Shown piece by piece: positions 28,490 to 37,555 of a DNA stretch of 64,000 nucleotides. This stretch comes from Candidatus Marinacidobacterales bacterium. Its GTDB lineage: Bacteria > Acidobacteriota > Vicinamibacteria > Marinacidobacterales > SMYC01. The notes beneath the pieces were generated by a model. It ran no database searches. It was given only the letters and a program-made list of their open reading frames with translations, and was not told where the DNA came from. Made by a program: the position numbers and the translations under genes. Positions within the stretch are counted from its first letter, which is position 1. The number at the start of each line of letters is the position of its first letter. Where the stretch lies: contig CBDCYI010000011.1 in assembly GCA_965224085.1 (NCBI GenBank), positions 1,344,001 through 1,408,000 on the forward strand. The letters are read 5' to 3'.

Positions 28490-29331
28490 ATGGACGCGAC
28501 GGTCACCACCATCGTGCTTCTGGCCGCGCTCATGCACGCGGTTTGGAACGCGCTCTTGAAGTCGAGCGCAGATCGTCTCGTGGAGCTACTGCCCTGAACC
28601 TCTCAGCTGGGGTCGTGGCGCTCGCGGCGCTCCCGTTCGTCGGCTTCCCCGCGAAAGAGAGCTTGCCCTTTCTCTTGGCCACGCTCTTGTTTCACGGCGG
28701 CTACTACGCTTTCCTACTTCTCTCTTATGCTCGTGGCGGCCTCAGTCTCGTTTACCCGATTGCGCGCGGCGGCTCCCCTGTGCTCGTCGCTCTCGCCTCG
28801 GCGCTTTTCTTCGGCGAGGTTCTGAACGGCGCCCAAGCTCTCGGCGTTGTCGTCATTACGGCGAGCATTGCAGGTCTCGCCTTCGCGGGCGGTGTCACGG
28901 ATTTGAGCTCGAAAGCTGTTCTCTTCTCTCTCGGAACGAGTGTCATGATTGCGGGCTACACGATCGCGGACGGCTCAGGCGCGCGCGTTTCCGGAGCGCC
29001 CATCGCCTATATAGCAAGTCTCTTCGTGATCAACGCCTTGCCTCTCTTACTCGTGCTGCCATTCCTTCGGCCGGGTCTCGGGGTGCGCGGGCTCGCGCGA
29101 CAGTGGAAGAGGGGAATGCTCGGCGGCGTTTTGTCCGTCGGCGCCTATGGGCTCGCGATTTGGGCGATGACGCGAGCGCCCATAGCCGTCGTCTCAGCGC
29201 TACGAGAGACGAGTGTCGTGCTCGCGGCGATCGTTGGCGCCACATTTCTTCGCTAGCCTTTCGGGCCGCGCCGAGTGCTGGCGTCTATCGGCGTCGCGCT
29301 CGGCATCATCGTCTTGCGGCTCGCGGGCTGA
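28490..29331 (+). pseudogene. EamA family transporter with a frameshift and a premature stop
   Basis: MDATVTTIVLLAALMHAVWNALLK frame ends near 28598; the protein continues in another frame (LSLVYPIARG, VSALRETSV); TAG at 29254-29256 is followed by in-frame PFGPRRVLASIGVALGIIVLRLAG*. Confidence 0.8.
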
Positions 29332-29350
29332 ACCGGTACTCTTCGACAGC

Positions 29351-29651
29351 ATGAGAGATGTATCCAGACGCGACGCGCTGAAACGACTCGCCGCGAGCCC
29401 GCTTCTGCTAGCGTCGCTCCCTCAGAGCGACGCTCTCCTGGAGGCGGTCGACGACGCACGTGGGCGCCGTCGCCCCCTATCGCTACTACGGAAGCGACGC
29501 GAGCCATTTGCAACATCTCGCTGGCGCCAAAGGCATCGTTTGCGGCGCCGGCGGGAAGTACAACACGATGCCCGATGAGCGCGTCGAGCGTTCTCAGTTC
29601 TACGCGTGCACGCGCGTTTACGCGCTGGCGGCACAGGCGATTTGTGGATAG
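29351..29651 (+). pseudogene. Tat-exported M20 (ArgE/DapE-like) peptidase with a large internal deletion
   Basis: Tat signal MRDVSRRDALK joined out of frame near 29461 to a C-terminal GSDASHL...GIVCGAGG...PDERV. Confidence 0.65.
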
Positions 29652-29886
29652 CGAAAAAGATAGATTCCTCGACATCGATTACAAGCTGCTGAGCACCGAA
29701 GCGCTTCGCGGCGTCGTCGAAGAGTTCATCACCCGCGAAGGCACGGAATACGGGCAGCGCGAGTTCTCACTCGACGACAAAGTGCGCCACGTCGAACTCC
29801 AGCTCGAAGCGGGCGAAGCGAAGATCGTGTTCGACACGATCGAGGAATGCGCCAACCTCGTTTCCACCAAAGAACGTTCCACTTAG
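29644..29886 (+). CDS. yheU: YheU (UPF0270) family protein
   Basis: LSTEALRGVVEEFITREGTEYG, GEAKIVFD. Confidence 0.88.
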   Translation: MDSEKDRFLDIDYKLLSTEALRGVVEEFITREGTEYGQREFSLDDKVRHVELQLEAGEAKIVFDTIEECANLVSTKERST

Positions 29887-29934
29887 GGTCCGCGAAGAAT
29901 AAGTTTGCGTTTTCCGGCGCCGAGGCGCCCGCGT

Positions 29935-30069
29935 GGCGAGGCGCCACCTTCGAAGGCGCACAACCAGGCACTCATCGCATCAGCGCTCGAAAAAGCTTGA
30001 ACACCGCTGGCGCTCGTGCTTCAGCACGCGCTTCATCACGAGAACCGAGCTACTGCTTTTTTGGGCCAC
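29935..30069 (-). pseudogene. SRPBCC (AHSA1-like) domain N-terminal remnant
   Basis: GTG overlaps the ArsR 3' end; VLVMKRVLKHERQR then frameshifted QAFSSADAMSAWL; ArsR-SRPBCC pairing is common. Confidence 0.5.
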
Positions 30070-30397
30070 CTTTGCCTCCGGATCGTCGATCCAGGTAGCG
30101 CTCCAGCGCGTCGAGCTTCTCCCGCCAGAAGTCGCGATATTCGTCGATGGTCCTCGACGCGCGGTCGAGCGGGCGGACGTCGAGCCGGCAACGTTGCGTA
30201 CGTCCGTCGCGCGTCTTTGTCACCACGCCGGCATCTTCGAGGACTTTTACGTGCTTCGAGACCGCCGCGAAGCTCAAGTCATACGGCTTCGCGAACTCCG
30301 TAACCGTGTAGGATGAAACTTTCGCGAGACGCTTCACCATCGAGCGGCGGGTCTCGTCTGCGAGGGCATGAAAGACGCGATCCAAGCTCACCGACAT
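30050..30397 (-). CDS. ArsR/SmtB family transcriptional regulator
   Basis: LDRVFHALADETRR, AVSKHVKVLEDAG, FW...LDALE. Confidence 0.92.
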   Translation of the reverse strand: MSVSLDRVFHALADETRRSMVKRLAKVSSYTVTEFAKPYDLSFAAVSKHVKVLEDAGVVTKTRDGRTQRCRLDVRPLDRASRTIDEYRDFWREKLDALERYLDRRSGGKGGPKKQ

Positions 30398-30399
30398 AA

Positions 30400-30462
30400 T
30401 AAACCAGTCGGTTGAATATTAGCGGTACGGATTAAGAAACTGTCAACCCAACGGTTGAATAT
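30400..30462. promoter_or_regulatory. Two palindromic operator-like sites upstream of the ArsR gene
   Basis: taaacc-agtc-ggttga at 30400-30415 and tcaacc-caac-ggttga at 30443-30458, both followed by atat. Confidence 0.65.
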
Positions 30463-30470
30463 CGTTCGGG

Positions 30471-30857
30471 CTACTGGAACAACGGGAAAGCCACGTTGTC
30501 CGGCTCTGGGGTGTAGACTTTGATCGAAGGCGTCGTGAGCGGCATGAAGATCACGGCACCCACGTCGAGCTGACGGGCAGCATAGGCGACCACTCGCGCG
30601 TGATTGCCTGCGCTCGCCGCAACCACGCCCTTTTTGAGCTCGTCCTCCGATAGATGCGCCGTCTTGTTGTAAGCGCCACGGACTTTGAAGCTGAAAACGG
30701 GTTGCAAGTCTTCGCGCTTGAGAAGAATTTCATTGCTTGGCCGGCGCGAAAGCTTCGCGGCCGGCTCGAGCGGCGTCTCTCGCGCGACATCGTAAACGCG
30801 ACTCGTCAGGATCGCTCGGAAGAGATCATCGATGGTTTTTTTTCGCTTTTCGGTCAT
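30471..30857 (-). pseudogene. ilvA: 3'-truncated biosynthetic threonine dehydratase
   Basis: [37 protein letters not shown]; ends after about 128 codons. Confidence 0.88.
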
Positions 30858-31021
30858 GAATGGAACCATTGTAAGTGTCTTCCGATCAATTTTCCGGCCC
30901 CGAGCTGGCACGCGCTACAGCACATCCAGAAGGAGACGCCGATGGGAAGCACACGCCACAGGTACGCACTCGCTTTCTCGCCATGGATCGAACATGGTAG
31001 GTCTGTAACGGAGGAGAGATC

Positions 31022-31402
31022 ATGGCTGGTGAGATCGAGCTTGCAACGGGTGTCGTGCTTTTGAGCTTCGGGCTGTCCTTCGTTTTGAACCCCGGCTACT
31101 GGGCCACGGCATTCCGGAAGATGTTCACCACGCCCGAGAACACGTTCACTATGTTCCTCGTGCTACTCGTGCTCGGCATCGTTGTCGTACGGAGCCACAA
31201 CCTCTGGGTGGGCGACTGGCGCGTCATCGTCACCATTACCGGCTGGGGTCTGCTCTTGAAAAGCATCGTGGTACTGCTCGTGCCGAGCACCATTGACCGC
31301 TACGCGAAGTGGACCGACGGGATGATGGGCGCGTGGGTTCGCTTTGGCGGAGCGGTGTGGCTCGTCGCGGGAGCCACGGTGACCGTTCTCAGCTGGCCGT
31401 GA
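31022..31402 (+). CDS. Four-TM hypothetical membrane protein
   Basis: ggaga RBS; HNLW..DWRVIVTITGW..LLK. Confidence 0.72.
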   Translation: MAGEIELATGVVLLSFGLSFVLNPGYWATAFRKMFTTPENTFTMFLVLLVLGIVVVRSHNLWVGDWRVIVTITGWGLLLKSIVVLLVPSTIDRYAKWTDGMMGAWVRFGGAVWLVAGATVTVLSWP

Positions 31403-31460
31403 CGCGTTGCCGCCCGGCCCGGACGCTTCGAGCGTCCGGGCCAACGTTCAAAAAGGGTTT

Positions 31461-32699
31461 CTAGTCTTCCGTGGTAGGCCAGACTACGCCCTGATTTTTC
31501 TCGTCCACCGGTCCGAGGCCTTTGTACACGAACTTCTGCACGCGCTTGCCTTCGTAGGTCTCCACTGTATAGATGTTGCCCTTCGAATCCGTGGCGACGT
31601 TGTGCACGGCGAAGAACTGCCCAGGCTGACGTCCGCCATCACCGAAGCTCGTGAGGATCTCGAGCGATTCGCGCTCCATGATATAGACCTTCATGTTCTT
31701 GCCATCGGCGACAAAGATGTACTTCTGCTCGGGGTCTTTGGAAAAGGCGACATCCCACACGGCGCCGTCGCCGAGGGTGTTCTTCGCGATGCGTTTTTCT
31801 TTCACAAAGGTTCCGTCGAGGTTGAAGACCTGAATCCGGTCGTTCGGTCGGTCGCAGACGTAGACGAGACCATCATGCGACGGCTCCGCGCAGTGCACGG
31901 GATTCCGGAACTGCTTCGCGAGCGGCGCGTCGGGGTTGTAGCGGCCCAGGTCCTCGTCGCTCGGCTCCTTGCCATAGGCGCCCCAGTAGCGTTTGAACTC
32001 GCCCGTGGTCGCATCGAGCACCGCAACGCGTTTGTTCAGATAGCCATCGGCCACGAAGGCTTCGTTGGTCTCGGCATGAAACGAGACCTCGGCGACCCGG
32101 CCGAAGCTCTCTTTGTCGTGGCTATTGCCCATCCATTTCTTGTCGTCGTCGGTGTAGTCTTTCGCGCGTCGCGCGCCAGGCATTCCGAATTGATGGAGGA
32201 ACTTGCCGTCGCGGGTGAAAACGAGCATGTGCGCGTCATCTCGACCATTGCCGCCAATCCAGAGATTGTCTCTGGGATCGGCCGTGATGCCGTGATTCGA
32301 CTGCGGCCAATCATAGCCGTCGGCTGGACCACCAAAATGGCCTACGAGATTGCCGTCGGGGTCGAACTCGAGAACTTGAGGCGCTGGTACGCAGCACTCG
32401 CCGGTCGGCGGGTCCTGAACGGCTCCGACTTCCGTTCGCGCGTTCAAGCTCCCCTGGCGGTGAACGATGTATACGTGATCGCGCGAGTCGACGGTGACAC
32501 CAATCGCGGAGCCGATGATCCAGTGGTTCGGAAGCGGCTTCGGCCACATCGGGTCGACTTCGAACATCGGCGCTTCTACGTCCGACTCTTCCGCGGCCGA
32601 CGTTCCACCGAGGCTCGCTTGCCCAAAAACGAGCGCGACGAGAACGGCAAGAAAGGCCGTGCCAATAACAACGTTTCGTTTTCCTTTCAAGCTCTCCAT
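31461..32699 (-). CDS. Secreted NHL-repeat beta-propeller (PAL-like) protein
   Basis: Signal/TM; FEVDPMWPKPLP, HGITAD, FVADGY.NKRV, YVCDR.NDRIQVF, HNVATDSKGNIY. Confidence 0.88.
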   Translation of the reverse strand: MESLKGKRNVVIGTAFLAVLVALVFGQASLGGTSAAEESDVEAPMFEVDPMWPKPLPNHWIIGSAIGVTVDSRDHVYIVHRQGSLNARTEVGAVQDPPTGECCVPAPQVLEFDPDGNLVGHFGGPADGYDWPQSNHGITADPRDNLWIGGNGRDDAHMLVFTRDGKFLHQFGMPGARRAKDYTDDDKKWMGNSHDKESFGRVAEVSFHAETNEAFVADGYLNKRVAVLDATTGEFKRYWGAYGKEPSDEDLGRYNPDAPLAKQFRNPVHCAEPSHDGLVYVCDRPNDRIQVFNLDGTFVKEKRIAKNTLGDGAVWDVAFSKDPEQKYIFVADGKNMKVYIMERESLEILTSFGDGGRQPGQFFAVHNVATDSKGNIYTVETYEGKRVQKFVYKGLGPVDEKNQGVVWPTTED

Positions 32700-32790
32700 C
32701 CTTTCACCCTCCACGACAGGAACCGGTAAGCACCCCTGAGAATGGGCGCAAGTATATGTCAGCGGGACTGAGCTTGTCATGTTGTATGAT

Positions 32791-32834
32791 CAGCATCCAG
32801 CATCCAGCATCCAGCATTCCGGGTTCAGGGTTCA
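32791..32834. repeat. Heptamer tandem repeats: (cagcatc)x3 + cagcatt, then (gggttca)x2
   Basis: Read directly in the divergent intergenic region. Confidence 0.85.
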
Positions 32835-32857
32835 GGCTGGTGGCGTCACCGTTTTTC

Positions 32858-34168
32858 ATGAAGAACGTTCTTGCGATTTTGCTTCTTTTTGTGCCGGTTA
32901 GTGCGGCGGGGCACGAGATTCCTGCCGATGTTACGGTCCGGGTGTTTATCCGGCCCGCGGGGAATCGCCTGGAGTTAATCGTGCGGGTTCCGCTCGAGGC
33001 GATGCGGGATATGCAGGTGCCCACGCGCGAGCAGGGCTATCTCGATCTCAGCCGCGTTGACGACGTCTTGCGTGACGCGGCGATTTTGTGGATCTCCGAC
33101 TATGTAGAGATTTATGAAGGTGAGACCCCGCTCGGCAGTCCGGAGATTGTCGCTGTTCGCGCATCCCTACCCTCGAACTTGGCCTTTGCACGATACGAGA
33201 CCGCGCGGGAGCATGTAACGAGCGCGCCGCTTTCCGAGGATACAGAGATTTATTGGGACCAAGGCGTCCTTGACGTCTTGTTCGAGTACGCGATCGGCTC
33301 CGAAGCGTCCGAGTTCTCGATCAACCCCGGCCTCGAGCGGCTCGGGATCCGGGTGATCAACATCATCCGCTTTCTTCCACCGGACGGTATCGTACGCGAG
33401 CTCGATTTTCCCGGCAATCCCGGTCGCATCCCTCTCGACCCCAACTGGGGTCACGTGGCGTTTCGCTTCAGCAAGCTCGGCTTCTTCCACATCCTCGACG
33501 GGCTCGACCATCTGCTATTCCTGTTCTGCCTCGTGATTCCCTTCCGGCGCTTTCGCTCGCTGGTCGTGATCATCACGTCGTTCACGGTGGCGCATTCCAT
33601 CACGCTCATCGCGTCGGCGCTCGGCTACGCACCGGACGCCTTGTGGTTTCCGCCGCTCATCGAAACTCTCATCGCTCTGTCTATCCTCTATATGGCCTTT
33701 GAGAACATCGCGGGCGCGCGTTTGAAACGGCGGTGGCTCATCACGTTCGGCTTCGGGCTCATCCACGGTTTCGGCTTCTCGTTCGTTCTCCGCGAGACGT
33801 TCCAGTTCGCGGGATCGCATCTCGTCACTTCCCTGCTCGCGTTCAACGTCGGCGTCGAGCTCGGACAGCTTCTCGTGCTCGTGCTCATCGTCCCCGCGCT
33901 CGTGCTCTTCTTCCGCTATGGCATCGCTGAGCGGATGGGGACGATCTTCCTTTCTGCGCTCGTCGCGCACTCGGCGTGGCACTGGATGGTGGAGCGCGGC
34001 GGTGCGCTGAGCCAGTTCGGCTGGCCGGTCATGGACGCGGCGTTCTTCGCAGGCGTCTTGCAGCTGTTGATGTTCGCGGTGCTTTTCGCTGCGTTCGTTT
34101 GGCTCTGGGGCGTGCTCCGAACTCGAAGTCCAGAAGACGAAGCGGCGCCTCTCGAGGCAGAGAAATAG
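32858..34168 (+). CDS. HupE/UreJ family membrane protein with periplasmic N-terminal domain
   Basis: Signal peptide + HEIP; HILDGLDHLLF, FTVAHSITL, FGLIHGFGF, FNVGVELGQ. Confidence 0.88.
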   Translation: MKNVLAILLLFVPVSAAGHEIPADVTVRVFIRPAGNRLELIVRVPLEAMRDMQVPTREQGYLDLSRVDDVLRDAAILWISDYVEIYEGETPLGSPEIVAVRASLPSNLAFARYETAREHVTSAPLSEDTEIYWDQGVLDVLFEYAIGSEASEFSINPGLERLGIRVINIIRFLPPDGIVRELDFPGNPGRIPLDPNWGHVAFRFSKLGFFHILDGLDHLLFLFCLVIPFRRFRSLVVIITSFTVAHSITLIASALGYAPDALWFPPLIETLIALSILYMAFENIAGARLKRRWLITFGFGLIHGFGFSFVLRETFQFAGSHLVTSLLAFNVGVELGQLLVLVLIVPALVLFFRYGIAERMGTIFLSALVAHSAWHWMVERGGALSQFGWPVMDAAFFAGVLQLLMFAVLFAAFVWLWGVLRTRSPEDEAAPLEAEK

Positions 34169-34206
34169 CGCGTGGCGCATTACGCCGCTGGTTCCTCGCG
34201 CGAAGC

Positions 34207-34842
34207 ATGACGCGACTTGCTCTCGCCCTCCTGCCAGCAATCCTGCTGGGGTGCTCCGAGCCCGAGGCGCCGGCACCCACGCCGGAGGAAGATGCGCCCA
34301 CGTTGCAAGAAACGGGCATCGCTGTGACCGGCCGAGCGCCTCGAGCGAGCGGTGGCTTCCCTTCCGTAGTTCTTTTCGAACCCGTCGACGCCGAGCCATT
34401 CCCGGTGCCGGAGACGAAGCCGCTCATGGACCAATACGGAATGGAGTTTCATCCGAACATTCTTCTCGCGCGCGCCGGGCAAACGCTCGAGTTCCGCAAC
34501 AGCGAAGACGAGCTTCACAGTGTCCGCGTCGTGAATACCAGAAGCCGCGTAACGCTCTTCAACGTCGCGACGCCTATCGTGGGCTCGTACTCGCACAAGT
34601 TCGAAGAGCCCAGCGAGTACGACGTCGCTTGCGATACCCATCCTGCGATGGCGGCCTTCATCATCGTTAGCGAGACACCCTATGTGGTCATCGCCGACAA
34701 GAACGGACCGTTTACGCTCGACGCGCTCCCCGAAGGCTCGTACAACGTCCGGGTTTGGAACGTGAGCGAGAAGCGCCGCATCGAAACGACGATCTACATT
34801 GATGAGGAGCACGCCGCGCTCAACCTGAGAGTCGGAGAATAG
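34207..34842 (+). CDS. Lipoprotein with cupredoxin-like domain
   Basis: Lipobox LLGC; FRNSEDELHSV and CDTHPAM (CxxHxxM). Confidence 0.72.
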   Translation: MTRLALALLPAILLGCSEPEAPAPTPEEDAPTLQETGIAVTGRAPRASGGFPSVVLFEPVDAEPFPVPETKPLMDQYGMEFHPNILLARAGQTLEFRNSEDELHSVRVVNTRSRVTLFNVATPIVGSYSHKFEEPSEYDVACDTHPAMAAFIIVSETPYVVIADKNGPFTLDALPEGSYNVRVWNVSEKRRIETTIYIDEEHAALNLRVGE

Positions 34843-34875
34843 AGAGGCGCCCCTGCTACAAAACCAGCTTCGAAC

Positions 34876-35428
34876 CTACTGAAGCCGAGCTCGCCCGGGC
34901 GGGATCCGAAGACGGCGGGCGTGATCGTGGCAGGCGGTCTGGATATCGCGCGTGGATTGCTTCGCCTGCGCGACTTCCTCCGGCATCGAAGCGCAATCGA
35001 CGGTCCAGTACCACCCAACGAAGCCGGGCCTTTCAGGGGGGGGCGGTACCGTCGTCGCAATAACTTTTGAAAGCTTCGGCGTCGCTCAACATCTCCTTCG
35101 CGTCTCGATAGGCCGTTTGGTAGTCTTCGTAAAGCTCGGCCCAAGGGTCCGCGTCGACGCTCTCCGCCAAATTGTCGAGCGCAAAGCTCACGACTGAAGC
35201 TTCGGGGACGGAGAATGCGTCCTCGGACACGGACGGCTCGTCGGCGGCATCGATCTCGTCCCCTCGACCCGAGCCCAACTGCGCTTCCGTAATGACCTTG
35301 CTCGGGTGCTTCTTGCCGAGGTTCGCACGGCGAACTATTTCTTTTTCAGCAACTTGGCCGAGCGTCTGCCCATTTGCCGAAAAAGCGCAAAAGAACAGGC
35401 CGATTGTAATCGTGCAAATATGGCGCAT
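34876..35428 (-). pseudogene. Secreted hypothetical protein frameshifted at a G8 tract
   Basis: Signal peptide + QTLGQVAEKE; removing one base from G8 (35036-35043) extends the ORF to ...ARRLRIPPGRARLQ* at 34876. Confidence 0.6.
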
Positions 35429-35698
35429 GGACCAGTCCCCCCCGAACGGTCGGCCCACATTCTATAACGTTTGACCCCCTGAACGCGAGGGGTACCCCTA
35501 GAACAGCAAGTCAGCAATGGCGGCTTCTGTTACTGACAAGCTATCGGACATTTCTGATATGGTCGCTTTGCTGGATTAGCAAAGAAAACTAAGGAAAAAA
35601 GTTCGCCTAATATTGCCGGATACGGTTTTCAGATCAACGGCACATGTGTTCGCACTTTCGTCGCTACACCATAGTCGTAACCTCGGGCTAGGAAACCA

Positions 35699-36448
35699 TT
35701 GCAGACCGCGGTCAAGAGCCTTTTGAAGACCCTCGGGCTGAAGGTGAGCCGACTGCGTGCCGTGGGGCGTTTCCAGGCCATGGATGCATGTTTGGAGCGC
35801 ATGCGTGCCCTCGATTACGAGCCCGCCGTCATCATCGACGGGGGCGCGAACTTTGGTCAATTCTACGGACTGGCGAGCGCCGTCTACCCGCGAGCGGAGT
35901 TCCACCTCATCGAGCCGCAGGCCGCCTGCGCTCACGAGTTCACGAAGATCGCGGGTCGGAGCTCAGCACGGATTCACGTGCACAACGTTGCCCTCAGCGA
36001 GCCGGGCGTGAACGTGGTCCGCCTGCTCGGGACGGGACCCAATGGAGGAAGCTCGGGGGCCCCATGTCGCCGAGCCGGGGGAGTCCGAGCCAAACGAGTT
36101 GGTCGTGCCGGCAACGACGCTCGATAAACTTTTGAGCGGGGTTGTCGTGGACGAGCAGCGGAGCCTCTTGAAGCTGGACGTGGAAGGGCACGAGCTTGCA
36201 TTCTTCGAGGCGCTCCGAAGCTGCTTGAGAAAATCGAGGCCGTCCTTCTGGAGGTACAGTTCTATGACATCCACGGCTCGGGGCGGCCCGTCTTCGAGCA
36301 AGTAGCCAGCTTCGTTCACCGGCAGGGCTTCCATCTGTACGATATCGCCTCCTTGACACCGCGACCCCGCGACATGAGGCTTCGCATGGGCGATGTGATG
36401 TTCGTTCGAACGGGAAGCCGCCTTCTCCTTGATGACGGCTGGGCTTAA
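35699..36448 (+). pseudogene. FkbM family methyltransferase with two frameshifts
   Basis: IIDGGANFGQ in the first frame, LLKLDVEGHEL in the second, LLEV..YD..GF.LYDI..GDVMF back in the first; breaks near 36060 and 36200. Confidence 0.82.
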
Positions 36449-36571
36449 AAGATGCTTCCGTCGTGAATTTGAAACTGCTCCCGACGAGGCCGAAGGCCGG
36501 CTGCCGATGTACTTTCCCCCGCCATCACAACGCCACGGATTCGCCACATTGGAGCTCTACGATGGCCCTAG

Positions 36572-37555
36572 ATGAAAGACCTACGGGTTTACGACCGCAT
36601 CTCCGAGGCGGTCGGCTGGACCCCGATGGTACGCCTCGCACGCGCCCTTCCCGATACCGCGTGTGAGGTCTACACGAAGCTCGAGTTCCTCAATCCAATG
36701 GGGAGCACAAAGGACCGCATCGCGCGCCATTTCATCGAGCAGGCGATGACGTGCGGCAAGCTAGAGACAGGAGGCACCGTGGTCGAAGCCTCCTCGGGAA
36801 ACACTGCGATGGGGCTAGCCATGATGGCGACGCTCGAAGGATTGCACCTGAAGATTATCGTACGAAAAGAAACGAGCCCGGAGAAACTCTCCAATTTACA
36901 AGCGCTCGGCGCGGAGCTCATTCTCGTTGATGGCGATCGCCCACCGGAGGATCCGGAGAGCTTCAACCGAAAGGCGCCGCTCGTGGCGGATGCCATCCCG
37001 GGAGCGTGGTTTCCCGACCAGCACAACAACCGCGCGAATAACGACGCGCATTACCGAACGACAGGGCCGGAGATCTGGGAGCAGATGGAAGGACGCGTCG
37101 ATGTGCTCGTCGCCGGCATCGGCACCGGTGGCACGCTCTCCGGGACGGCGCGTTATCTGAAAGAGCAGAACCCGGAGCTGCGGGTGATCGCAGTCGACGG
37201 CGAGGGCTCGGTCTTTACGGAATACTTTCGCACGGGCCGCCACGGCGCCTCGACGCCGTACATGCTCGAAGGCCTCGGCGACGAGGAGATCATCGGGTGT
37301 CCCGAGTTCGAGCTCTTCGACGACATGATTCAGGTCAAGGACCGCGACGCGTTCTTGAGCGCGCGAGAACTTGCGCGCACCGAGGCGATGTTCGCGGGCG
37401 GCTCGAGCGGCGCAGCTTTGTGGGCCACGCTTCAAGTGGCACGCACGGAGCCTGCGACGTCGCGCATCGTGACGATTTTTTCCGACGCTGGCACCCGCTA
37501 CCTGAGCACGATCTACAACGACGTTTGGATGCGCGAGAAAGGCTTTCTCAGCTAG
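36572..37555 (+). CDS. PLP-dependent cysteine synthase / cystathionine beta-synthase family protein
   Basis: KLEFLNPMGSTKDR, EASSGNT, GIGTGGT, GGSSG, RYLS. Confidence 0.92.
   Translation: MKDLRVYDRISEAVGWTPMVRLARALPDTACEVYTKLEFLNPMGSTKDRIARHFIEQAMTCGKLETGGTVVEASSGNTAMGLAMMATLEGLHLKIIVRKETSPEKLSNLQALGAELILVDGDRPPEDPESFNRKAPLVADAIPGAWFPDQHNNRANNDAHYRTTGPEIWEQMEGRVDVLVAGIGTGGTLSGTARYLKEQNPELRVIAVDGEGSVFTEYFRTGRHGASTPYMLEGLGDEEIIGCPEFELFDDMIQVKDRDAFLSARELARTEAMFAGGSSGAALWATLQVARTEPATSRIVTIFSDAGTRYLSTIYNDVWMREKGFLS

Noticed and set aside
29254-29256. Pyrrolysine or amber recoding in the EamA gene
   Set aside because: The gene also has a frameshift and TAG is one substitution from GAG; simple decay is more likely
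31407-32729. 440-aa plus-strand ORF
   Set aside because: Antisense shadow of the NHL-repeat gene
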